A DNA stretch of 64,000 nt, taken from an uncultured Candidatus Saccharibacteria bacterium. GTDB lineage: Bacteria; Patescibacteriota; Minisyncoccia; Phycocordibacterales; UBA9973. Below, piece by piece: positions 1-8,452 of this stretch (position 1 is the stretch's first letter; each line of letters starts with the position of its first letter). A model generated the notes under the pieces. The model searched no databases. It was not told the DNA's origin and saw only the letters and a list, made by a program, of their open reading frames with translations. The stretch is from positions 25,678 through 89,677 of the forward strand of contig CAZQSY010000003.1 of the NCBI GenBank assembly GCA_964596395.1. The letters are read 5' to 3'. Both the position numbers and the translations under genes were made by a program.

Positions 1-227
1 AATCAAATCGCGCACGCGGTTTTCCAAAATAAACGGAAAAAACACCCGCGTGGGGGTGCCATACTTCCTGACGATATCCATTATATTGTACTGGTAATGC
101 CCTTCTTTCACCACCAAGTCGCCATCCGGGCTCACGTCAAAATACTGGGTGTTGAATTCTTCCATTCCGAGCTTCCAGAACTTTTTTAAATTTTTTTGCC
201 GCTGTCTTTTCTTCTTGTTGTCCCCCA
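1..227 (-). CDS. PLP-dependent decarboxylase (Orn/DAP/Arg decarboxylase fold), N-terminal fragment continuing past window start
   Basis: Minus-strand ORF absent from the track; ATG is the complement of 225-227. Translation: MGDNKKKRQRQKNLKKFWKLGMEEFNTQYFDVSPDGDLVVKEGHYQYNIMDIVRKYGTPTRVFFPFILENRVRDLI... The 'YGTPtrVFfpfileNrvRdL' stretch resembles the conserved 'GTPlyVyd...l..N...l' N-terminus of fold-III PLP decarboxylases. Partial, and judged from a short fragment only. Confidence 0.3.
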
Positions 228-357
228 TCTCTAGTGAACCCCGCTTAAAGGGATAAAAACTTGACAGGGGCTAGTATAGCAAGCTTGTAGGAAATGTAAA
301 CCCCGTCGCGCGCCCTGTAAATACCGAAAGACACGGCGAGCCACGGGGTAAAGAGGT

Positions 358-696
358 CTAGATAGGTGCGTACATTTCGTTGCGAATCTTCTCGAGCTCG
401 ACGATGATTTTCGGGTCGGTTATTTTCTTAAACCTGGGAAAAGTCCGGCCATCTTTCGTCACCTCTTCGAAAAACATATCAAACGGTCGCGCCGTCCAAT
501 AATTCGCTACCCTCCCTTTATCCCACTCCCCTCGGTAAAGCGGCCGATACATGGCCAACTTTCCAGCATTTGGGTTGTCCGAGATGTCAATCTCACTATT
601 ATAAGCCACATTCAAAAACTCGTAAGCGTAATTATTGACCGGTCCGGCAGGGTCATGCTTGTAGTGGTAATAAAATCCTTTCAAATTATTTTCCAT
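358..696 (-). CDS. hypothetical protein (112 aa)
   Basis: Clean ORF of 112 aa with no motif I recognise. It lies in the same orientation as, and close to, the downstream tgt gene. Confidence 0.4.
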   Translation of the reverse strand: MENNLKGFYYHYKHDPAGPVNNYAYEFLNVAYNSEIDISDNPNAGKLAMYRPLYRGEWDKGRVANYWTARPFDMFFEEVTKDGRTFPRFKKITDPKIIVELEKIRNEMYAPI

Positions 697-720
697 ATAA
701 TTATTTTATCACCAAAATCT

Positions 721-2037
721 TTATTTTATGTACTGACCCAGAAAGTTTTCCTTAAATTTAAAAAATTTATCTTCAAATATGGATTGGCGGATTTTTTTAA
801 CCAGGTTCACGATAAAGTATAAATTGTGAATCGAGGCGAGGGTGCCGGCGAGCATCTCTTTGCCGTGAAAAAGGTGCGCGATGTATGCTTTTGTAAAATC
901 CTTACAGGTGTAACAGCCACAATCTCTTTCTATCGGCAAAAAATCATTTCTGTATTTTGTATTCATGATAATTATTTTCCCGTTCTTCGTGTAAATCGTG
1001 CCGTTGCGACCCAGACGAGTCGGCGCGACGCAATCAAAAAGGTCGACGCCGTTTTCAATTCCCATAAACAAATCCTCCGGCTCACCGATACCCAAAAGAT
1101 GCCGAGGTTTAGCCTCGGGAAGTATTTCGTTTACCCACTTTACGGCGCTCGACATGTCAACTTTCGCGAAAGACCCGCCAATGCCGAAACCGTCAAAATC
1201 CAAACTGCTGATAAACTTTGCCGATTTCTCGCGCAAAGATTTTTCCCGTCCGCCTTGGACGATGCCAAAAAGGGCGGGAGAAATATCCTCAGAGCGGGTT
1301 ATGAGCCCCGAGCGGGCATGGTTTTCGCGAAGCGAAAGAGCGAGGGGCGAATCCCTGAGGCCGTCTCGCTGGGACGGCCGAGGAAAGCGAGGAGGATATT
1401 TCTCCCGCCCTGCCAACCTCTTATGTTCCGCCAAACTTCTCTCTGCCCAGCGGTGGGTGCGCTCGAGCGCTTCTTCCTGATATTTCAAATCCTCCGTCGG
1501 CGAAGTACATTCATCGAATGCGAAAATTATGTCCGCGCCGAGATTGTGCTGAATCTCTATTGATTTCTCGGGTGTAATATAGTGAATGATTCCGTCTAAG
1601 TGCGATTTGAAAGAAACCCCGTCCTGCCCGATTTTTGCCAAACGCGGAGCGCCTGAATCATCAAAGCGCTCGGGAATAAGCAAAGACGGGTCGGTAATCT
1701 TGGTAATTTTTGAAATGTCTTTGCCGTAAGCCGCGCCCAGAGAAAAAACTTGAAATCCGCCCGAGTCGGTCATGGTCGGCCCCGGCCAATTCATGAACTT
1801 CCCTATTCCGCCAGCATTCCGCACAATTTCATCGCCCGGCTGAAGATACAAGTGATAAGTATTGCCGAGCACTACTTGCGTGCCGGCTTCCCTCACCTGC
1901 TCGGGGTTTAAGGACTTCACCGTGGCCTTGGTCCCCACCGCCACAAACGCCGGCGTCTCAATCACCCCGTGAGCAGTTTCAAGCATCCCCGCCCGGGCTA
2001 AACTATTTTTTAGTCTTTTCTCAATTTTGAATCGCAT
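721..2037 (-). CDS. tgt: queuine tRNA-ribosyltransferase
   Basis: N-terminus 'LETAHGVIETPAFVAVGTKATVK...VVLGNTYHLYLQPG', 'TDSGGFQVFSLG', and C-terminal Zn site 'CGCYTCKDFTKAYIAHLF...E' all match Tgt. The protein is 438 aa, so it carries an internal insertion relative to the typical ~375-aa enzyme. Confidence 0.9.
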   Translation of the reverse strand: MRFKIEKRLKNSLARAGMLETAHGVIETPAFVAVGTKATVKSLNPEQVREAGTQVVLGNTYHLYLQPGDEIVRNAGGIGKFMNWPGPTMTDSGGFQVFSLGAAYGKDISKITKITDPSLLIPERFDDSGAPRLAKIGQDGVSFKSHLDGIIHYITPEKSIEIQHNLGADIIFAFDECTSPTEDLKYQEEALERTHRWAERSLAEHKRLAGREKYPPRFPRPSQRDGLRDSPLALSLRENHARSGLITRSEDISPALFGIVQGGREKSLREKSAKFISSLDFDGFGIGGSFAKVDMSSAVKWVNEILPEAKPRHLLGIGEPEDLFMGIENGVDLFDCVAPTRLGRNGTIYTKNGKIIIMNTKYRNDFLPIERDCGCYTCKDFTKAYIAHLFHGKEMLAGTLASIHNLYFIVNLVKKIRQSIFEDKFFKFKENFLGQYIK

Positions 2038-2068
2038 AATTTGTGTATTTTACTGCTGTGGATAAACA

Positions 2069-2104
2069 TTGATTAAAAAATAATTATGGTGTATGATATA
2101 TAAT
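2069..2104 (+). promoter_or_regulatory. sigma70-like promoter (TTGATT-17-TATGAT, with an overlapping TATAAT)
   Basis: ttgatt at 2069-2074, 17-nt spacer, tatgat at 2092-2097 and tataat at 2099-2104. It points into the tgt / NYN intergenic region on the plus strand. Confidence 0.3.
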
Positions 2105-2149
2105 GTCTTAGGGTTTTATCCATAAACCTTAAGGGTATTACATCCAAGG

Positions 2150-2179
2150 GTAGCCCTCCGCAAGGAGGGCTACTTTTTT
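2150..2179 (+). terminator. intrinsic terminator (GTAGCCCTCC-gcaa-GGAGGGCTAC followed by T6)
   Basis: Perfect 10-bp stem with a 4-nt loop followed by tttttt. This is a strong terminator only on the plus strand, because on the minus strand the hairpin is followed by CCUUGG rather than a U-run. Together with the promoter at 2069 it delimits a ~70-nt plus-strand transcript. Confidence 0.45.
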
Positions 2180-2184
2180 GTTAT

Positions 2185-2769
2185 TTATTTACCTTCTTTG
2201 TGTCTTAGGTCTCTACCCCAGATATCTTCGGTTATACTCAACACGTCCGTATACCCATCTGCGCCCGTCCTTAACTCTTGTGACACATTGTTTTTAGAAG
2301 AGAAAACAAAAACTTTTTTGCCGCCGTTGCGCAAGTAATTGACAAGCGCCAAGAAATCAGAATCACCGGTAAAAAGAACAGCGGTGTCATAATTTTTGCA
2401 AAAATGGATGGCATCGATAGTCATTTCGACATCCATGTTGCCCTTTTCCAGCACCAAATCGCCCAAGTCGCTGTGCCCAACAATCCTTTTTAATTCTTTT
2501 TTTCTGACGACAAAACCCAGCCCCTTCTTTAGATATGTAAAGAATTTATGCTTCCCGTCTTGGCTTTGTTCCCTGGTCCCGTTTTTGGGATAAGCTGTAT
2601 AGTAAAATATTTTTATTTCCAAAGCTGAGAATTTTTCTTTCAAAAATATCTTGAGCTTCCCGTAATCAAACATTTTTCCTTTCGCCTTTTGCGCCTGCCA
2701 TAAGTTAGAAGCGTCAATAAACGCGTACACGATACCGCCTTTTTCAAAACTGTTTTCTCTTGGTTTCAT
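2185..2769 (-). CDS. NYN-domain / LabA-like (DUF88) predicted RNase
   Basis: 'IVYAFIDASNLW', 'AVLFTGDSDFLALVNYLRNGGKKVFVFS': a conserved acidic residue pattern typical of NYN/LabA proteins. Confidence 0.7.
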   Translation of the reverse strand: MKPRENSFEKGGIVYAFIDASNLWQAQKAKGKMFDYGKLKIFLKEKFSALEIKIFYYTAYPKNGTREQSQDGKHKFFTYLKKGLGFVVRKKELKRIVGHSDLGDLVLEKGNMDVEMTIDAIHFCKNYDTAVLFTGDSDFLALVNYLRNGGKKVFVFSSKNNVSQELRTGADGYTDVLSITEDIWGRDLRHKEGK

Positions 2770-2842
2770 AAATTATTTCAGTTTATTGTACATCTATTTT
2801 CTTTCATAATTTTAGAGAGATAGTTCAATATATTTTCACCAG

Positions 2843-3637
2843 TCAATCAATCTCCACCTGCACGAATTTTATCTCAAAAATATTCACCGGCGAGATGAGC
2901 AGGGCTTTTTGGAAAGCGTCGCGCGGGTCGGAGATTATTTTTTCCACCCTCGCCAAAACGTAAGGGGTAACGCCCGGCAAGACGACTTCAGCCCCTTCAG
3001 CCAGAGCAAAATCCCTCGGCAGAACCATTTCAAAATTTCCCCCGCCCCGGCCGACGACCTGCATAAAAACATCCCGACCCGAGACGACAACTTCCGTCTG
3101 CTCGCCGGGGGTAGAGTAAAGAACCACCTTTGAGGATTTGGCGAAGGTCTCGGCTACTTTTCCTATCGGTATGTTGCCGAAAGCAAAAACATTTTGCCCT
3201 GCTTTGACACCCGCTTCGGCTCCTGCGTCTATTATGAAAGCATCGTACAGCGACTGGTCGGGCCTGCCTAAAATTCCAGCCAACAGCATCTGCACCGTCT
3301 CGTTTTTTCTGCCCAAAATTTCCTTGAGTTTTATGTTTTCATCTAAGACCGTCTGATGTTCGGAAATGCCAGCGGCGGTCTCGTAAAGTTTTTGCTTCAG
3401 GGTCTCGTTTTCAAGTTCTAGGGATTTTTTCGAAGAAAAATAAACACCCAGGGAAGAAATTTTTTCTCCCGCGCCCCTTCCCAAGGCAAGCAACGGGCGA
3501 AAAACCGCGTGCGCCGCGACTGAAAGCCCGCGGCCGACACCGCCGCGGAAATATAAGAGTACTAGAACGAGCAGAACCAGCGCTGAATATTTGAGAATGT
3601 TTTTTTTCTTCGCCTTTTTATCTAGGAGGTAATTCAT
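2843..3637 (-). CDS. mreC: rod shape-determining protein MreC
   Basis: N-terminal TM segment, a coiled-coil stretch (LELENETLKQKLYE...IKLKEIL), then a Gly-rich beta domain. It lies immediately downstream of mreB and overlaps it by 20 nt. Confidence 0.7.
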   Translation of the reverse strand: MNYLLDKKAKKKNILKYSALVLLVLVLLYFRGGVGRGLSVAAHAVFRPLLALGRGAGEKISSLGVYFSSKKSLELENETLKQKLYETAAGISEHQTVLDENIKLKEILGRKNETVQMLLAGILGRPDQSLYDAFIIDAGAEAGVKAGQNVFAFGNIPIGKVAETFAKSSKVVLYSTPGEQTEVVVSGRDVFMQVVGRGGGNFEMVLPRDFALAEGAEVVLPGVTPYVLARVEKIISDPRDAFQKALLISPVNIFEIKFVQVEID

Positions 3638-4662
3638 CTTGATTCCCGATTAGCACTTCTTTATATGATTCAAGGTCGTCTAAAATAACGCCGGCTCCGC
3701 GGGCCACCGCAGAAAGCGGGTCGTCTACCACGTGCACCGGAATTTTCAGAATGTTTTGCAAAAATTCGCCCATGCCCGAAATAAGCGCGCCACCGCCGGT
3801 CAGAGTGATGCCTCCCCTCATCACGTCTGAAAGAATTTCGGGCGGAGTCGTTTCTAAAACGTCTTTCACTCCGTCTACCAGTTCCCGAACCGAGGCGGAA
3901 AAGGCCTCGCGTATGTCCCCATCGGTCACCGAGACCTCCCGCGGCAGGCCCGTCAGAATGTCGCGCCCGCGCACTTCGGTCTCGGTATACTGCCCCGGCA
4001 AGACAGAGCCAATCGCGATTTTCACCGTCTCGGCTGTGGTCTCGCCGACCAGTAATTTGAATTCGTTCCGCATGTACGCGATGATGTCGTTATTGAATCT
4101 GTCTCCGGCGATTTTCAAACTTTTTGATTTCACGATCCCGCCTAGCGAAATCACCGCGATGTCGGTAGTCCCGCCGCCGAAATCCACAATCATCGAGCCG
4201 ACCGGGTCTTTGATGGGCAAGCGTATACCGATGGCCGCGGCCATCGGCTCTTCAACTAGGTACACTTCTCGCGCGCCGGCCGAACGGGTCGCGTCGTACA
4301 CGGCGCGCGTCTCGACATTGGTAGTGCCACACGGTACGCCGACTAAGACGCGGGGGCGGGCAAGTTTTTTAGAAATTTTGTCGGCCTTACTGATAAGATA
4401 CGAAAGCATTTCTTCGGTTACTTCAAAATCTGAAATCACGCCCTCAACCAGCGGGCGCACCGCGCGGATGTGCCCCGGGGTCCGGCCGAGCATTTCTTTG
4501 GCTTTTTCGCCGACGGCCAGTATCTGGTTTGTCTTGATGTTTACCGCCACCACCGAGGGCTCGTTAATCACGATGCCGTGCCCTTTCAAATACACCAGCG
4601 TATTCGAAGTACCCAGGTCTATGCCGATGTCGTTTGAAATTAATTTGTAAATTTTTTCAAGC
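3618..4662 (-). CDS. mreB: rod shape-determining protein MreB (actin-like ATPase)
   Basis: 'IGIDLGTSNTLVYLKGHGIVINEPSVVAV', 'DFGGGTTDIAVISLGGIV', 'LTGGGALISGMGEFL'. The track ORF begins at 4727, but the likely start is the internal Met of 'MLEKIYKLISNDIGIDLGT' near 4662. That leaves only a short gap to the upstream gene proS, which ends at 4675. Confidence 0.9.
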
Positions 4663-4674
4663 ATAAAAAACCCG

Positions 4675-5976
4675 TCACTTGGCGGTCGGACTACCAAGCA
4701 AATCGAGCAATTCTTCCAGAGAAACAATTTTGCCTTTCTCTTCGTTCCGTTTTTTCAGCTCCACACCCCCCTCTTTCATGCTCCGTAGGGAGATAACTGC
4801 CCTGTACGGCATGCCCAACAAATCGGCGTCGGCGAATTTTTCCCCGGCCGAAATTTCTTCCCGGTCGTCAAAAAGCGCCTCTACCCCCCTCGCCCGCAAA
4901 GCGCCATAGACGCGCTCGGCTTCTTTTTTCACCGCTTCGCTCCCAGAAAGCGAGAGAAGGTGCACTTTAAACGGAGCGATCGATTCGGGCCAGATGATAC
5001 CCTTGTCGTCAGATAAAACCTCAACCACCGTGCCCATCAGGCGTCCCAAGCCGATGCCGTAGCTTCCCATTATTACCAATTTCTCTTCCCCTTTCTCATC
5101 CCGATATTTAAGGTCAAAAGGCGCCGAGAATTTCGTCCCGAGAGAAAAGATATTCCCGACTTCGATTGCCTTGCGCTCCGCCAGTTTTTCCCGCGCCAGA
5201 CCCAAATCCGCAAGTACTTCGTCGTTTGATACTTCCTGGTTCACGGCGATGTTTTTTTCTTCGTCTATATATATGGTGTCTTCTCCGGCCGAGGTCACCG
5301 TCTGGAACTCGTGCGAGAATTTTGAAAAAGTTCCGCCCGAAGCAAAGGTCAGGTACGTCAAATGCCCGATGCCGGCGCGCTTGAAAATATTCACGTAAGC
5401 GCCTTTTATTTTTTCGTAGAAAGCGTTGTGCTCTGCCTCGTCTCTGCAAAAAGAATACAGCGCCTTCCAGTAAAACTCCCTGCCCCGCATCATGCCCGAC
5501 TTGCTCCTTACCTCATTTCTGAAAATATTTTTAAAATCGTACGGATAAATCGGCAGGTCTTTGTAAGAGCTCACGTACTGTTTCAATATGTTCGAGTAGG
5601 CCTCTTCGTTGGTAAAAGACAAACCGACTTCCCCGCCGTTTTTTAATTTTGCCTTAAACCAAACGTCCACCACTTCGTCGCTCCAGCGGTTAGTTTTTTC
5701 CCAGATTTCTTTGTTCTGAAGCACCGCCGTGCGCATTTCCGCGCCACCGACGGCATCCATCTCTTCGCGAATTATATTTTCAATTTTGTTTAAAACCCGC
5801 AAGCCGAGAGGCAGGTACGAATAAACCCCCGCCATTTCCTTGCTTATATATCCCGCGCGAATCAGAAGCTCTGCGTTTTTAGACGTCTCGTCGGCCGGGG
5901 CTTCTTTTCTGGTTTTGGTAAAAAGTTGAGATTGTCTCATGTCCCCCATACTAACCGAAAAAACCCCTTCGGTCAA
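4675..5976 (-). CDS. proS: prolyl-tRNA synthetase, bacterial type lacking the editing (INS) domain
   Basis: 'MRQSQLFTKTRKEAPADETSKNAELLIRAGYI' matches the bacterial ProRS N-terminus. Class II motifs are present, there is a C-terminal anticodon-binding domain, and the length is 433 aa. Confidence 0.9.
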   Translation of the reverse strand: MTEGVFSVSMGDMRQSQLFTKTRKEAPADETSKNAELLIRAGYISKEMAGVYSYLPLGLRVLNKIENIIREEMDAVGGAEMRTAVLQNKEIWEKTNRWSDEVVDVWFKAKLKNGGEVGLSFTNEEAYSNILKQYVSSYKDLPIYPYDFKNIFRNEVRSKSGMMRGREFYWKALYSFCRDEAEHNAFYEKIKGAYVNIFKRAGIGHLTYLTFASGGTFSKFSHEFQTVTSAGEDTIYIDEEKNIAVNQEVSNDEVLADLGLAREKLAERKAIEVGNIFSLGTKFSAPFDLKYRDEKGEEKLVIMGSYGIGLGRLMGTVVEVLSDDKGIIWPESIAPFKVHLLSLSGSEAVKKEAERVYGALRARGVEALFDDREEISAGEKFADADLLGMPYRAVISLRSMKEGGVELKKRNEEKGKIVSLEELLDLLGSPTAK

Positions 5977-5990
5977 AGATTAATTCCGTG

Positions 5991-6019
5991 TTGCAAAAAC
6001 AGTTTTCTTCTGCTAGAAT
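5991..6019 (+). promoter_or_regulatory. sigma70-like promoter with extended -10 (TTGCAA-17-TGCTAGAAT)
   Basis: ttgcaa at 5991-5996, 17-nt spacer, tgc-tagaat at 6011-6019. An ATG at 6027 sits about 7 nt after the -10 element, so the rpsB transcript may be leaderless. Confidence 0.45.
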
Positions 6020-6026
6020 GCCTCGC

Positions 6027-6767
6027 ATGCAAAAAACCGAAAACACCGGCGCCGGGGCGGCGGCTGACATCGAGAAAATGTTCGAAGTGGGCGCGCATTA
6101 CGGCTACACGAGAGGCAGAAGGCACCCTTCAATCTCTCCTTATATATACGCCACCAAGAAAAACGGGGACATAATTGACTTAGAGAAAACATCCGCCCTG
6201 CTTCAAAACGCGGCGGAGTTCGTAAAACACCTCGGCTCGCAGAACAAGATAATGCTCTTGGTAGGAGCGAAGCCGGAAGCGAGAGATACGATAAAAAACG
6301 CGGCCGAAAAGCTTTCTATGCCTTTCGTCGCTCTGCGCTGGATAGGCGGAACCATTTCGAACTTCGGAGAAATAAAAAAGAGGATCGCCGAACTGGAAAA
6401 ATACAACAAAGATGTCGCCGAGGGCAATCTGGAAAAGTACACCAAAAAAGAAAGAGTGGTACTGGCCAAGAAAATGGAGAAGCTTACAAAATACTACTCG
6501 GGACTGCTTTCGCTCAAGAAAACCCCAGACGCGCTTTTCGTAATTGACGCAAAAGCCGAAAAAATCGCCGTTACCGAAGCGAGAGACGCCGGCGTGCCGG
6601 TGGTGGCGCTTCTTAATTCTGATTCAGACATAAAGGCCGTCGACTGGCCCATCGTGGCAAACGACGCGAGCGTGCCTTCAATCAAACTTTTCGTAAACGC
6701 GATTGTGTCGGCTTACGAGGAAGGAAAGATGTCTATACCGGAGCCGAAAATAGAAACAAAAAAATAA
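6027..6767 (+). CDS. rpsB: 30S ribosomal protein S2
   Basis: 'VGAHYGYTRGRRHPSISPYIYATKKNGDIIDLEKT', 'IMLLVGAKPEA', 'ALRWIGGTISNF', 'VIDAKAEKIAVTEARDAGVPVVALLNSDSD'. The track start at 5988 lies inside the promoter. A start at 6027 (or 6078) is more likely. Confidence 0.85.
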   Translation: MQKTENTGAGAAADIEKMFEVGAHYGYTRGRRHPSISPYIYATKKNGDIIDLEKTSALLQNAAEFVKHLGSQNKIMLLVGAKPEARDTIKNAAEKLSMPFVALRWIGGTISNFGEIKKRIAELEKYNKDVAEGNLEKYTKKERVVLAKKMEKLTKYYSGLLSLKKTPDALFVIDAKAEKIAVTEARDAGVPVVALLNSDSDIKAVDWPIVANDASVPSIKLFVNAIVSAYEEGKMSIPEPKIETKK

Positions 6768-6768
6768 A

Positions 6769-7548
6769 ATGCCGGGAGCAGTAACCACCAACTTGATAAA
6801 GGACTTGCGGGACGCGACGGGCGTCTCGGTGATGCAATGCAAGAACGCACTCGAAGAAGCCGGGGGTGACATGGAAAAAGCGCTCTCTATTTTGAAACGG
6901 GTCAGCGCCGACATAGCGCTCAAAAAAGCAGGCCGCGATGCCAAGGATGGCAGGGTCTCGGTAAAAAGCGACGGCAAAAAGTCAGTACTGGTGGCGCTCC
7001 ACTGTGAGACGGATTTCGTGGCCAAGAACGAGGATTTTGTGAAGCTTCTTGCTTCCCTATCCGATATTGCCTTTGAAGAAGGGCCTGAAAAAATGAAAGA
7101 AAAAGCCGAAGACATGATAAACCCGGTGATTCAGAAAACCGGCGAGAAAATAGAACTCGGGGACGTGTACGAAGTGAAAGGAGAAATATTGGGAAGCTAT
7201 GTGCACAACGACAAATCGGCGGTTATCGTGTCTCTTTCGGGAGGCAGCGCGGAACTGGCCAAAGACATAGCCATGCACATCACCGCCATGAAGCCCGAAT
7301 TTTTCTCGCGCGAAGAAATCACCGAAGAAGCCCGAAAGGCGGCAAACCAGATGTTCTCGAAAGAAGTCGAGGAATCCGGCAAACCCGAAGACATAAAGAA
7401 AAAAATCCTGGAAGGCAAGGTAAGTTCTTACTTTAAGGAAAAGACCCTGCCCGACCAGGCATTCATAAAAGACCCCGATACGACGATAGAAAAACTTCTC
7501 TCGGACAACAAAGCGAAAGTGCGGGAGGTGAAACGTTATACTATATGA
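6769..7548 (+). CDS. tsf: elongation factor Ts
   Basis: 'LIKDLRDATGVSVMQCKNALEEAGGDMEKALSILKR' is the UBA-like N-terminal domain of EF-Ts. The gene sits in the conserved rpsB-tsf arrangement. Confidence 0.9.
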   Translation: MPGAVTTNLIKDLRDATGVSVMQCKNALEEAGGDMEKALSILKRVSADIALKKAGRDAKDGRVSVKSDGKKSVLVALHCETDFVAKNEDFVKLLASLSDIAFEEGPEKMKEKAEDMINPVIQKTGEKIELGDVYEVKGEILGSYVHNDKSAVIVSLSGGSAELAKDIAMHITAMKPEFFSREEITEEARKAANQMFSKEVEESGKPEDIKKKILEGKVSSYFKEKTLPDQAFIKDPDTTIEKLLSDNKAKVREVKRYTI

Positions 7549-7976
7549 GCATAATAATGGCATTACCCACACCCCTGTATTTTCTTCTAGCTTCGCTTTT
7601 GGGAATGGTTTTCATGGTCAGCCGAAAAATCTTCCAGCTTAAAAACGGAGAAGCCGAATACGCGACGAATGCGGACACGATGGGCTTTGACCTTGAAAAA
7701 ATAAGGCATTTCGTCTGGCGAGGCGTCAGAAATCTGGGATACATCACCCTCTTCCTGTCCCTCCGTTTATTCATGAAAACGTCAAACTTTTTGAAAGTGA
7801 AAGGCAAGATGCTCTTGCAGAAGATAGAAGACAGATTCATGCGGGATGAAGAAAAGCTCATGGGCGGAATAGTTAAAAACAAAGAGGTCTCAAAATACCT
7901 GCGGATGATTTCGGATTACCGCGAGAAAATCCGCCGAATGAAGCATATAATAAAAGAGGAGGAGGGTATAAAATAA
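7545..7976 (+). CDS. hypothetical small membrane protein, 2 predicted TM segments
   Basis: Its start codon overlaps the tsf stop in an ATGA arrangement. Hydrophobic segments LYFLLASLLGMVFMV and GYITLFLSLRLF are followed by a Lys/Glu-rich tail. Confidence 0.4.
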   Translation: MSIIMALPTPLYFLLASLLGMVFMVSRKIFQLKNGEAEYATNADTMGFDLEKIRHFVWRGVRNLGYITLFLSLRLFMKTSNFLKVKGKMLLQKIEDRFMRDEEKLMGGIVKNKEVSKYLRMISDYREKIRRMKHIIKEEEGIK

Positions 7977-8004
7977 CCAAGAAGTTAACTCAGTAATTAG
8001 TTTT

Positions 8005-8078
8005 GCCGGTGTAGCTCAGGTGGTTAGAGCGCCACTTTTGTAAAGTGGATGTCGAGGGTTCGAATCCTTCCACCGGCT
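8005..8078 (+). tRNA. tRNA-Thr (anticodon TGT)
   Basis: GCCGGTG/CACCGGC acceptor stem, D-arm GCTC-AGGTGGTTA-GAGC, anticodon stem CCACT/AGTGG with loop TTTGTAA, T-arm GAGGG-TTCGAAT-CCTTC. Total 74 nt, and the 3' CCA is not encoded. Confidence 0.85.
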
Positions 8079-8081
8079 CAG

Positions 8082-8159
8082 TTGGTACCTGCCTGCCGGC
8101 AGGCAGGGAACAACGCTTTCGTAAAGCGAAGGTCCTCGGTTCGAATCCGACGAGCCAAG
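8082..8159 (+). tRNA. aberrant tRNA-like sequence (possible tRNA-Thr, anticodon CGT) with the D-arm replaced by the 20-bp REP-like palindrome
   Basis: Canonical T-arm GGTTCGAATCC at 8138-8148. Anticodon hairpin ACGCT-TTCGTAA-AGCGA with one mismatch. Acceptor stem TTGGTAC/GAGCCAA is 6 of 7 paired including a G-U wobble. The D-arm position is occupied by CCTGCCTGCCGGCAGGCAGG (8088-8107), and ~6 extra nt precede the anticodon stem. This is either a non-canonical tRNA or a tRNA pseudogene disrupted by the repeat. Confidence 0.35.
8088..8107. repeat. REP-1 palindrome copy 1 (CCTGCCTGCCGGCAGGCAGG, perfect 10+10)
   Basis: Perfect 20-bp palindrome. Related copies lie at 19597, 22765 and 50064. Confidence 0.8.
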
Positions 8160-8452
8160 CTCCAGCAAAATCTATAAATAAAATTGAAACGTTCAACACC
8201 TTTCCACCTCCACAATCACCCTCAAAAAGTGATATGAGTAACGCCTACGAAAATGATTACAAAGAAATCGTTCCCATACAGACAGCTAGCGTTCCTATCG
8301 GCAACTATCTGGCGACGGTAGCGGCGGTGGCAGCGGCGATAGTTCTCAGGTTTTTTCTAATCAGAAAAATAGGGCTAAAAAGAAAAAGGCGCTAACTGCG
8401 TCACTACAATATAAAGAGTGAACATCTTTTTATTGCCCGCACACGTGCGAAC

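Noticed and set aside
8081-8163. Interpreting the second tRNA-like gene as tRNA-Sec because of its long D-stem with a 4-nt loop
   Set aside because: The anticodon is CGU rather than UCA. There is no long variable arm, the acceptor and T stems are not the 9/4 or 8/5 type, and no selenoprotein machinery is visible.
7990-8395. ORFs 7990-8199 (-) and 8045-8395 (+) in the six-frame track
   Set aside because: They run straight through the two tRNA loci. The only possibly real coding part is a short tail, MSNAYEN... from 8233, too weak to call.
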